64,000 nucleotides of DNA from Adineta vaga (taxonomy: Eukaryota > Animalia > Rotifera). Below the pieces are notes generated by a model. It ran no database searches and was not told where the DNA came from. It saw only the letters and a program-made list of their open reading frames with translations. The position numbers and the translations under genes are program-made. The stretch is taken from positions 9,486,001 to 9,550,000 of the forward strand of contig CP075494.1 of NCBI GenBank assembly GCA_021613535.1. Direction: 5' to 3'. Within the stretch, counting starts at the first letter, position 1; every line of letters starts with the position of its first letter. Below, one piece after another: positions 52,846 through 64,000 of this stretch.

Positions 52846-53847
52846 CTAAAATAATCATAGAATAAAGATTGATAGAAGTCAATTATAGACAGTTCTTTGA
52901 ATACAATAATACTTGTAAATATCAACCGAACAAGGTATAAATATCGAGAAAAACATCCTTAGTTGGAAATATTGCACAATCGATATAATATTTTTAAATT
53001 AGTAATAAATACAATTTTTAAAATCGAGAAAACTTTTTATTTCGATATCAGAAAATAATGTTGATGAAATGTTGTCACGATAAGAAATATGTACATAGCA
53101 TAGAATCAATCACAAGAGAGAAGGAAGAACGAAGAAGATTTTTACATATGGGTAGCTGACTTTCTATTGGTTGTATGATAACCATTGATATTGCAGATTC
53201 TATTTGAGTGAAAATGAATATTATTATTGCATGCTTTATTTTCTCTTTATTGCTAAGATATTTACTGAAGCGTAACTCAATGGAATGATTAAAACACAGT
53301 TTCATTTTATTCCAAATATAGTTAAGATATAACTAATTTAAATGACAAATATGCTACAGACCAGTAAATAAACTCCTAGCTAGTTTAGATTATTAATTAC
53401 TTTTGTAGTTGAATGAGATTTCGAGTCATCATATTCTTTCAAGTAAAAGAAAAGTAGTCGTTATTTTTGTTTAAATAGCGTAGAACTCAATTGACATCGT
53501 ATAATCTTAAAAAATTGTCATGTGTTTTCCGAGAGAAGTCATTCATTAAATGAACTTTCAAGTTAAGAAAGATCCTAGTTTTATACTTTAACTTTCTCAT
53601 CAATATTTTCTTTACGAAACGGTATATAGTTCAGAAATAATCCAATTTTTATCATAGTCTATGTTTTCACATGCCCTCTTCATAGATGGTTCTGTCATAC
53701 AAAGTTTTTTATACGCGAAAATTTCAACCATTGATTTTTTTATGTGACACACATCATCCATCATACTATCGATTGAATTGAATCATCTTAACCTCAAATT
53801 TAGAATATTTTCAAATTATTTCTTCTATTGTTTATTATTTCAGATCA

Positions 53848-55787
53848 ATGTTCCGTTATTTATTAACTCATCAAAACTCTCGTTGGTCATGTTCATTTCT
53901 TTACTCTCATTTTTCAAATAATCGATTGAAAAATTTCGATCAAAATACATTCGATTATTTCTACACACGTCGTCTTAAATTCTTCAATGATAATCATAAA
54001 CAAATGTCCGATCATCTTCATACACAATTGAAATCTTTATTGAAAACATCTTCGATTCATAATCATTTAATTCATTTAAATTCAACAAAACATTTTTCAG
54101 AAAATTTAACTATTGAACAGTTAAATGATATTCTATTCTATGCTTATAAACATCAGATTAAACTTGATCTATTAACAAAACGTTTGATCGAATGTCTCAA
54201 TCCAATTGAGAAAAACTCTTCATCGAATTTATTCATTGAATTTGTTAATCTTCTTGTTCTTCATCAACAAAAATATTATGATTATCAAACGAAAGCTCCA
54301 AACAAAACTCTCGACAAACTTCTTCAAACATTTGAATTTAATTTAACAAAAGATCAAATCAAGAATATATCTTTATCTGATCTCAGTCTACTCTGTTCGG
54401 CTATGTATCGTTTACAAATATCGTTAAAAAATCATCAATTACTCGAATCGATCGGTGAATATTTAATTGAAGATGAAAAGAAGAAAAATCTTTCTGCAGT
54501 TGATAAACAAAATTTCATTAAAATTATAACATTATCCAACTATGGAAAGATTGAAATAGCGAATGCTCTAGCTAATCGATTTAATCAATCATTTGAACAA
54601 CATCTACAATCAAATTTAAATTCTTTCAGTTATGAAATTGTTCGAATGACAATGAGAATTGGTTTTTATTTTTCAATGATACGATTTTATTCCGAACGAT
54701 TTTTTCAGAATTGTTTGAAATTAATTGAATTAGAAGCAAAAATCTCAGCACCATCCTATCGAGTCAAAGATATAGTACAAATTATGAATACATTAATTTT
54801 CATGGGTTATGTCAAAACATGCGATAGGAATTATATGAATTTAATTGATAGATACGATCAAATTAAACATTTCGAAGAAAAACCAGAACGATTGTTGGAT
54901 GTAATTCCATCATTAGCTATTGTTGAACATTTTCCAGACAATTTATTAGAGAAATTATATACAAAAGATAATTTAAATCGATTGTTAGGTTAGATAGCTG
55001 GAAGATTGAAGAGAATGAACAATTAATAGTTTATTATTTAGAATCACGAATGAAAGAAAAGTTATTCTTTGTATCTGAATCATACAAACTTCTCTGTTCT
55101 CCATCAAAAGCACTGCTCGATCAGGTTTGAAAGTTCTAAACGCTAAGAACTGAAGTGATTTCATTTATTATTTTCAGTAGAATTATCTTGTTGGTTTACC
55201 ACATCATCTATTTGGTTCTTGGTCAATAGAAAAACGAAAACGTTCATATTTTTCCATTGTTATGAAACATTTGTCAGAATGTGTACCTGATCGTTCGTAT
55301 GTGAAAAGTGCTTTTCTTCTCAAACATTTCAAAATTCCTGGTACGTAAATATCAATTTTGAAATGAAAGAATTAATTCAAAACTTAATTAGATATTATCA
55401 TTTGTTTAAATACTAATCAACAACCACAAATTATCTCTAATGAAAGTAATTGTTCAAAGTACGTTCTATTAGAATAAATAGCAAGACTTGATAATAAGAA
55501 CATTTTCATTTAGATATGCATTAGAAGTACTTAGCGAAGAAGAATTATGTGTAAATGAACCGTTTCGACCACTTGGTTTATTCTATTCGAAAGCAAGACA
55601 ATTACAAAAAATGAATTATATACCTGTGATTGTAGATATTTCGTCTTTATTAACGTTCTTTTTCTATTTGATTTTATTTCAGATTTATCCACATGATACT
55701 CTTCATGAAATAAAAACAAGAAAAGAAGTATTTGAATGGATTGTACATCGTGCTCAAACTACAGAGTTATTGTTAAAGAAAAATTAG
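53848..55787 (+). CDS. FAST kinase domain / RAP-domain mitochondrial RNA-binding protein (FASTKD-like), multi-exon
   Basis: Presequence-like N-terminus, helical repeats (RVKDIVQIMNTL, SLAIVEHFP..LLEKL), FLLKHFKIPDIII, YALEV..KARQLQKMNYIPVII RAP-like end. Confidence 0.7.
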
Positions 55788-55881
55788 TCCTATGACTTTG
55801 ATAGAAAATGTGATTTCATCGAAAGGAATGTATGATTACATTTCTAATTTATTGTTCTAGATAAACAAAAATGATTGAATA

Positions 55882-58687
55882 ATGTCGTCGAAAAGTGAAT
55901 TAACAAAAACTATTGAAACTCAACAATCAAGAATAACAAGACTTGAACAACGTTTTGCTGGTTAGAACATATTTTTTTCTTTACATTTGCTTTTATTGTA
56001 CATGTAAACTCTTTTTTAGATCTATTTTCTGCATATAAAAACTTACAAAAAGAAAAAGAAGTACTTGAATCTACTGTTCGAGTTTTATCGACCACTACAT
56101 CAACTGTCGAATCGATTTCTACAGAAAATCAAACGAATGTTGATGCTAATGAAGTAAATATTTTTATATACTTCGTAGCTTTTAGTGATTTCAAATTATA
56201 GAATACGGAGTTGGATACTGAAGGAGAGCGTGGTCAATCAATAACGGAACAACAAACTTTTCAAGAGAAACTTCAAACTCTTCAGCACAATGTGTCTGCT
56301 ATTTCAGAACAAAAGAATCAGATGGAACAGACGTTTCAATCAGATAAACGGAAAATCAAAGTAAATATTAATAGATAATGAACGCTAGTTTTGATATATA
56401 TATATATATGCATCTTTTTAGGCTGAAAATGATGACTTGAAAAAGAAATTAGAAGAAACCAAAGCAGAAAATATCATTATTAAAGAAAAAGCTGATAATG
56501 AAATAAAAGACGTAGCTGAAAATCAAGAATATATATTTTAGATAATATATAACTTTATAATTTTAGTTGAAAAAATCTTTACGTCAATCGCAACTTCAAC
56601 ATGAACGTGTAATAGCTGATCATGGTGTTATGGTTCGTGAATTGCAAACTCTTATTTCTACTGAACGTAATAAATCCGAAACTCTTGAACATCAAGTAAA
56701 ATATCCTATGTGAGATAATCAATGACAAGCATTTCGTTTTGAATTAGTATGATGAATGTCGAGCAAAAGTTGTTACATTAGAAACACAAATAGATAACTT
56801 AAAAAAGCAATATAATTCATTAAATAGTCAACATCAGACAAAACTAAATGAATTAAAAGAAAAAGATTCGTAAGTTCTCACGGAAATATATGTTGGATGG
56901 AACATTTTCGTTCTTGTTTATATTCTTAATAGAATTGATATCGAAGAATTGAAACGTTCCAAAGAAAAAATCGTTGAATTAACAACTAAATTAAATAATT
57001 TAGAGGTGAGTAGAAACAACAAATTTGAGCGAATTGGTTTAGGCGAAAGGTTCTTTTGTTAAATGTGAGGGTCCAGACGTCAGATGAGAAGAAAGACACA
57101 GACTCACACCCCTTGTTCAAACCATGCCATATGTTTTGTTTAGACTAAATATACGGAACAATTGCGTACTGAATTCAAACGTAATGAACAATTAGAAAAG
57201 AAATTAAATGAATCGACTACAGAACAAGCACAAAAAATGTCAACAACTGAAACACAAATAGCTGAACTATCAGAACAGATTGGTATTATTGAAAAACAAC
57301 GGTACACCTTTCTTCTTTCTTCCAACTAAGTATCAACATACATGTTTTTCAGTGCACAAGATCAAATGGTTATTCAACGTTTGAAAGAATGTATTGCTCA
57401 ACTTGACGTAGAAAATTCTCTTTTAACCAAAGCATCAACCACAGCAATTGAACAGGATGATGTCAATATAACTGATGATGACATAGATAATCATCAGGAT
57501 TTAAATACATTATTAAAACATATTTCAAAATTAAAAGTATTGATTCGTGTTGCAAATGATCGATTTAATAAATCATTAACAATCGAAGGTAAAATATTCA
57601 AATTTGACTTTTCCAATATAGCTTGTAATTTTTGTTAATAGATATATTGAATATTGATCGTGAAATATCATCCGGAAGTACAAATAACAATGGAATGAAT
57701 CTATCTCCGGAAAATAATAAAGTTTTACATAGTAAATGTAATGAAGAAATTGAACGATTAAAAAGTGAATTAGAAAAATATCGAAGTAAAACTATCGCAG
57801 CATTTAAAGCGAAAGCATTCAAGGATACAGATACGTCCAAAGAAAATGATGATTTACGTAATCAAATTGATCAATTACGTGAAAAATTAGTGAATAGTCA
57901 ATCATTATATAATGCTGAAAATGAACGACATGGTCAAGTTGTAGAAAAACTTGAATTATGTTTAACAAATATTCGTGAACAACATCGTCATGAAATGGAT
58001 CAACTTTTAGTACGAAAACGTACAGAAATCAATGAACTTGAATGTGAATTAGAAAAACAACGTGAACGTACCGTACGTTTACTCAGTGAAAAAGATCGAG
58101 AATTAGAAACATTACGCAAACAATCGGACATACTTCCTATTCTCAATAAAGATGTATCTCAATCATCTATCTCGGAATTGAAAGAATCTACTGAGCCAAC
58201 AACAATTATTAGTGATTTATTTCCACGAGATTTTTCATCATCAACTATTGGTGGACCTATAAGTCCATTATCTGCAGAAAATAATAATCTTTTATATTTC
58301 ATTCAAGAACAAAAATTACATGAACAAGAATCAATGTCACTTCGAAAACAACGTCATGAACTTGAAATGACTATTCGAGATTTACATAAGAAATATTCAT
58401 TTGAAATTAATCAATTACAAGCAACAATTGAACAATTAAATGATGATTTAGAACATATTCAATTAAGTACGCAAAGAAACGAAGTTCTAACAAAGAATGA
58501 ACATAACATTGATTATATTAAAAATGTATTCTATCATTATTTACTCGCTAATGATACTCAAGTTAAACATACAATGGCAAATGCATTAATGACAATTTTA
58601 CATTTTTCAGCGAAGGAAAAGGCGAAAATTGAGAATCAAAAAACAAATAATACTTTAACAGCTGGTGGTTGGTTTAATTCAAAATAA
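55882..58687 (+). CDS. GCC1: GRIP and coiled-coil domain golgin (GCC88), multi-exon
   Basis: ELTKTIETQ..DLFSAYKNLQKEKEVLE N-terminus, LEKQRERTVRLLSEKDRELE, GRIP NIDYIKNVFYHYL..ALMTILHFSAKEK. Confidence 0.9.
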
Positions 58688-58893
58688 AAACATTGTTTTC
58701 TTCTCCTTCTCTTTTGTGCATTGTTTATTTTCCATTCCATATGAATATATTTATATTTCAAGGGTGATCAATAATAATTGATAGTAAACTATCTAGAATA
58801 TTCTGTTTTTTTCTAATTGATAAGACACTAGAAGATGAAACATCGTTCGTTGAAAACATAATGAAAAGATCTGTAGTCTTTTTTCTTTAGGTA

Positions 58894-60129
58894 ATGTTAT
58901 TACAGATTCGATATCCTTTAGTTCGATTTCTTCGGACATTTTCTTCGACTAAAAATGAAGCTATTCATCGAATTATTTATTCATCCTCAACAAATATTTG
59001 GTTTAATCTAGCAACAGAAGAATGGTTATCGAAAACGATTCAACCGAATGAACATATTTTATTTCTTTGGCAAAATGATAAATGTGTAATCATTGGACGA
59101 AATCAAAATCCTTGGGTAAGAAGAAGAGATCGTAAATAGACAATAGAACACAAAGGCTCGTTTCGTTTTAGAAAGAATGCTTTTTGGAACGAATGGAAAT
59201 GGATGGTGTGTTACTTGCTCGACGCCGATCTGGTGGTGGTAAGCATTTAAATTTGTTGTCTTATAATTGATAGATTTTAATATTCTATGCAACAATCTCT
59301 AACAATAAATAAATTTCATTTAGGTGCTGTTTATCAAGATCTTGGAAATACATGTTTTACTTTTCTTATTTCTCAAGCTCATCATCAACTTGATAAAAAT
59401 TTGAATTCAAAAATCTTACTTGATGCTCTCCAGTCTAGATTTAATATCGAAGGTCGTATTGAAGGTCGAAATGATCTTGTTTATGGTCCACAAAAACGTA
59501 AATTCTCTGGTTCAGCCTATCAAAATACACGTCAATTTGCTCTTCATCATGGTACATTAATAACTAGTGTTGATACCAATGCAATGAAGAAATATTTAAA
59601 TCCGAATAAAGAAAAATTAATATCCAAAGGTGTTGATTCTGTTCAAGCACGTGTTATTAATTTATGTGAAGTGAATCCATCAATTAATCACAAAGATCTT
59701 TGTTTAGCTATTGAAAATTCTTATCGTGAAACTTATTCAAATCATCATATTCCATCAGCAAAAATTCTATCGCAAGAAACACTTCATTCTATTCCTGAGT
59801 TACATGCTTCCTATCAATTATACAGTGACGCTCAGTGGCGCTTTGGACAAACGTTTTCATTTACTCATGAATATGAACGACGTTTTCCATGGGGTACAAT
59901 ATCTATTGGTATTGTTTCAGAACGTGATGGTATTATTCATACATGTGAAATTTATTCGGATTCATTGTATGTAAATATGATTAGTCGTTTAAAAGAAAAT
60001 CTTCTTGGACAAATTTATACGGGAGAAAGTATTCGACAGGCATGTCAACGAACACGCAGTCAAGTAGAAAGTGAACAAGAAAAATCAATGATTGATGATG
60101 TTGAAGCTTGGATATTAACTCAAATTTAA
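58894..60129 (+). CDS. lplA: Lipoate-protein ligase A, bacterial/protist LplA type, with mitochondrial presequence and 2 introns
   Basis: NLATEEW, LFLWQN..VIIGRNQNPW|KEC..LARRRSGG|GAVYQDLGNTCFTF, KFSGSAY, HHGTL, YLNPNKEKL.SKGV.SV..RV.NL, WRFGQT..RFPWG..IYSDSL. Confidence 0.9.
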
Positions 60130-60323
60130 TAAACAAAACAAAGTTCATAGTTGATTTCTTTTGTTCTTATCATATTTTACTTTGTCGAATAAAATATATT
60201 CATGAGACATGTAGAGCATTTCGATACTATCGAAATAGTCAATCAAAAGATTAAGCGAGAATAAATGTCAAATGATTTAACTATAAAAACAGCTAAACTT
60301 TTGAATAATGAAAGTATTCTATC

Positions 60324-60673
60324 ATGAAACTAAACGTCCTAAACATTGTTTTTGCTGTTCTTTTATTTGTAGTAGTTACACATTGTATTCTATTAGAAAA
60401 TGATCTGTTGTTTCTATCACGTCAAACACGAAATTTTACAACAGCACAAAGAAAATTTCAACGTGAAGTTTTAAATGCTCATAATATTTATCGATCTCGG
60501 CACTGTGCTAGTTCTCTTCGAATTGATGATCGTCTAAGTCGTTCTGCTCAAAACTATGCACAACGATTAGCAAATATGAATACGATGGTTCATAGTGGTA
60601 TGAAAGGTGTGGGTGAAAACCTTTATATGATGAGTAGTTCAAATGAAATTACTCAAATGAGTGGTAAGCAAAT

Positions 60674-60710
<37 letters not shown>

Positions 60711-60994
60711 TGATGTGCATTTCATCATTATAATGTATAGGATCGAAAGCAACTCATGCTTGGTATGATGAAATTAAACAATATAATTTTAATCAATCCA
60801 CATTTTCCATGGAAACAGGTCATTTTACACAAGTTGTTTGGAAAGGTTCCCAACGACTTGGTGTAGGTTTTGCTTTTGGAAATGGAGGCCGTTCCGCATT
60901 CGTTGTGGCACAATATACACCACCAGGAAATGTTCAAGGTACTTTTCGAATAAATGTTTTACGGTCCAATTGTCGATCGAGTTTGTTAAAATAA
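60324..60994 (+). CDS. Secreted CAP/SCP (GAPR-1/PR-1-like) protein (2 exons)
   Basis: Signal peptide, LNAHNIYRSRH, GENLY, WYDEIKQY, GHFTQVVWK, VVAQYTPPGN; TATA-like CTATAAAAA at 60281. Confidence 0.92.
60677..60706. repeat. (TC)n microsatellite in the CAP gene intron
   Basis: Uninterrupted TC run. Confidence 0.9.
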
Positions 60995-62357
60995 ACTAAA
61001 ACACACCCAGCTAATCAAATCTTCAGCGATCTGTATAAATCATCTGTTATCCAAGTCGTTCGTTTGTGTCTTATGAACCTAGCATATTACATATCATCTT
61101 TTGAAAAGTGGATAAATAATTCAGATACTTTTTTTCTTCTAAATGAATAAACAAGAATAACCAAAATTTGCCTGACAAGCTTCAGTTGCGATTATGAATA
61201 TTCTATATTACTATATTTATCTTCTACTAATGAATATAATTGTCGGTTTAGAATGTCAGAGAAGAAGGTCGATTTTCATTGTTGTTTTAGTTTGAAAATT
61301 TCTTAATACTTAGTATATACCAAATAAACATTTTATTAAGATACTAAAATCTTTTATTATTAACCCATTTACCACGATTCAATTTGCTTAGAAAAAGGGC
61401 AAGACCCACCTGTGTGACCCATTGCTGTGAATAGTTTAATAAAACATAATTTAGAAGATTTTTCACTAATTTACACAAAGAAGGCTAGTAGATCGAAATT
61501 ACTATATGATTAGTACGTTTGAATACCTTTACGAACATGTCGTCCTTCGTTAGTTAATAATTAGAACAGAATACAATTTGACATATTCATTAAGAAAAGT
61601 ATATCACTATATAAAGAATAAAATATTAGTTATCCGACTGTTCACATCATGCAAATCTTTGTTATTGAGTTATAGGAAAACTTTGCTTTTTCAATAAATG
61701 AATGAAATCTTTCCATTCATTAATTGATCATGCAAAAGAAATGCTAAGTAATATAAGAATAAATCGCAATTTTCTTTCTCGTTACAATAATAAACGAAAT
61801 TTAAATAATAAGTTTACTCGCACGAATGACATATTTCAATATTAATTGAACAAAACAAGAAGTATTCATGCAAATAAATTCCGATTGAAAACGGAAAATG
61901 ACATCCGTTTTGTTTGCTAACTATCGAGGTGTTATCTGATTTCAATTTGATCTATCGAAGTGCAAAAAATTGTTGACATTAATAATGAATCCTTTTTTTC
62001 TTTCTCAACAAAGTTGTTTAGTTGAAAAAATGAATTCAAAATGAAAGACTTTATTTTGTTGATCTGATATTTTTTCATAAAAATCGCGTGCTTCTTTATA
62101 CATGGATAAAGAAAAGAACAATTTTGATCTCTTGGAAGAGTAATTGAACACCTCTCGACTGATGGTTGATGCTCTTAAATCTTTTTCTTCTTTTTCCATT
62201 TCCTCGTATTTCCTTTTGTTTTATACGCGTGATCACTCTATCATTGAGAGAATATTATCTCAGGTTTTTCTTCTTCTTCTTCTTCTTTCTATCTTCATTA
62301 TCAATAATATCAGTAGAATGAATGCTTACTAAATAAGACAATCATATCGACGAAACA

Positions 62358-64000
62358 ATGTATGGTCTTTTATTACAATCAGCCATTGAAATAATTCGAG
62401 CAAAATATGGACAAGAAACATGGGAACATATTAAAACGGCGCTTCATTTAGATCTGAATTCATTTTCAGCTTTTCAACAATATGGAGAAACATTATTTGT
62501 ACGAATTACAAAGATTTTAAGTGAAACTCAAAGTATACACTAAGTGCATTGTGCCATTTGAGAAGTGTAAATTAACATTTTCTTCCATTTAGATGAACCG
62601 ATTGGTGATTTGATGAATATTTTTGGTCTCGAATTCGTCTCCTATATATCGAATTATGGTTATGATCGTGTCTTACGAATTCTGTAAGATTTATTTTTCT
62701 AATCAACAGTTGTTTTTGAGTAAGGAACTTTTTCTTACTAGTGGACATAATATGCGAGATTTTCTTAATGGATTGGATAATTTACATGAATATATGCGTT
62801 ATACATATCCACGAATGCGTCCACCATCGTTTTATGTGGAAAAAGAAACAGCTCATGGTTTAACACTTCATTATCGAAGTCGACGACGAGGTTTTGTTCA
62901 TTATGTCATTGGTCAAATTACGGAGGTTTGATATCCAAATCTATCTTTGATAGATGAATAAAAAGTGATATCTTTATGAATAGGTTGGCCGTCGATTTTA
63001 TGACACACATGTTGAAATCGATATTATAAGTGAACGCGAGGAATTTGATGTTACTCATGTTGTTTTCGAATTGAAATTTGAAAATACTGCCTATGTTAAA
63101 CAAGCAACATCAGACAAAGATTCAACAGAACTTGATTTAGCTATTGATTGTCATATCTTTTTTGACTTATTTCCATTTCATATGGTTATTTCTGAATCGT
63201 TAGAAATCATTTCTGCTGGTGAATCATTAACACAACTATTTCCAAATATTGTAGGAGAACTTATTCGAGATATCTTCAATCTTGTTCGGTAATGAAATCG
63301 AACGACTAATCATTTGAGAACTGTCATGTTTGTTTTTTTCTCCTTCAGACCGATTATTACATTAAATTGGTCACAAATTGTTCTACATTCGAATAATGTC
63401 TTTGAATTTTCAACGATTGAACCATTACGAAAACAACTGAATGAAAGTGATTTACAAATAAATGATGCACGACAACAGAATGATTCGGGTAAAATAAAAA
63501 GATTGATGATCTAAATCTAATGCAATGATGAACATTTTAGAAATGCTCTTAACTATGACTGCACAACGAAATATACAAGAAGAATATTTACGTCTTCGAG
63601 GTCAAATGTTATATGTTCATGAATGGAAATCAATTATTTACTTGGCAACACCTGTGTATGTTTATATTATGGAAATAAATTTCATTTTACTTCTCATTTT
63701 AGTTTGGAAAATCTCGATGTCATGTTCAATACTGGTCTATTTATTAATGATTTATCCATGCATGATTCCAGTCGAGATTTAGTCTTGGCAGGTACTCAAC
63801 AAAGTGCTGAACTTAAACTAGCACTTGATCAAGTAATGATCAATAAATTAGACATAAAATACATTTATTTTGTTTTTCCGTATTTGTTTAGGAAAGACAA
63901 AAGAGTAAAGCATTAGAAGATAGTATGAAGAAATTAGATGCGGAAATGAAAAAAACTGATTTACTTTTGTATCAAATGATTCCGAAGAAAATTGCTGATC
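62358..64000 (+). CDS. Atypical soluble guanylate cyclase (Gyc88E-like; H-NOX, PAS, coiled coil), truncated by the window end
   Basis: [41 protein letters not shown] (YxSxR), [50 protein letters not shown]. Confidence 0.93.

Noticed and set aside
57078-57100. CAGATGAG..GAAA as a hammerhead ribozyme core
   Set aside because: Core needs CUGANGA plus stem II; here it is CAGAUGA with no stem II.
61360-61440. TTAA-CCC...TTAA mini piggyBac-like relic
   Set aside because: Inverted termini too degenerate to support.
1-64000. CRISPR arrays, tRNA, rRNA or spliced-leader RNA genes
   Set aside because: None recognised by eye; an Infernal/tRNAscan run would be needed to exclude divergent copies.

Overview
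AT-rich, gene-dense eukaryotic DNA with many short (~50-60 bp) GT-AG introns. Intron size, composition and gene content (NHL-EGF membrane protein, B-box-TLDc protein, Pro-rich PPxPGPxIIKEVRPP protein) point to a bdelloid rotifer (Adineta/Rotaria-like); this is inferred, not proven. About 25 protein-coding genes are supported: TASK-type K2P channel, TENT5/FAM46, TLDc, FUT8, EXOSC4, LANCL, a secreted JmjC/cupin, a 12.5-kb LRRK (Roco) kinase hosting two nested genes (GH18 chitinase and Tctex-type light chain), an ARF-like GTPase, an intronless OAS-like nucleotidyltransferase, NHL-EGF, SPAG1, NPC2, an MDM1/SAXO-like protein, COQ7, FBXO30/40-like, FASTKD, GCC1, a bacterial-type LplA, a CAP protein and a partial atypical soluble guanylate cyclase. 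There is also one non-autonomous piggyBac-like element. Highlights: (1) a complete chitinase sits on the same strand inside an LRRK intron and its TAG stop codon is the host intron's 3' splice site; (2) the LRRK naturally carries DFS, the equivalent of human LRRK2 G2019S; (3) two operon-like clusters with ~80-95 bp spacers (one spacer 206 bp) and acceptor-like AG just before each ATG; (4) about ten dispersed 150-300 nt non-coding segments rich in crossing, G-U-containing helices, a candidate undescribed structured-RNA class; (5) an OAS-like enzyme with an unexplained C-terminal extension in an accessory island. All exon boundaries and helices were read by eye.
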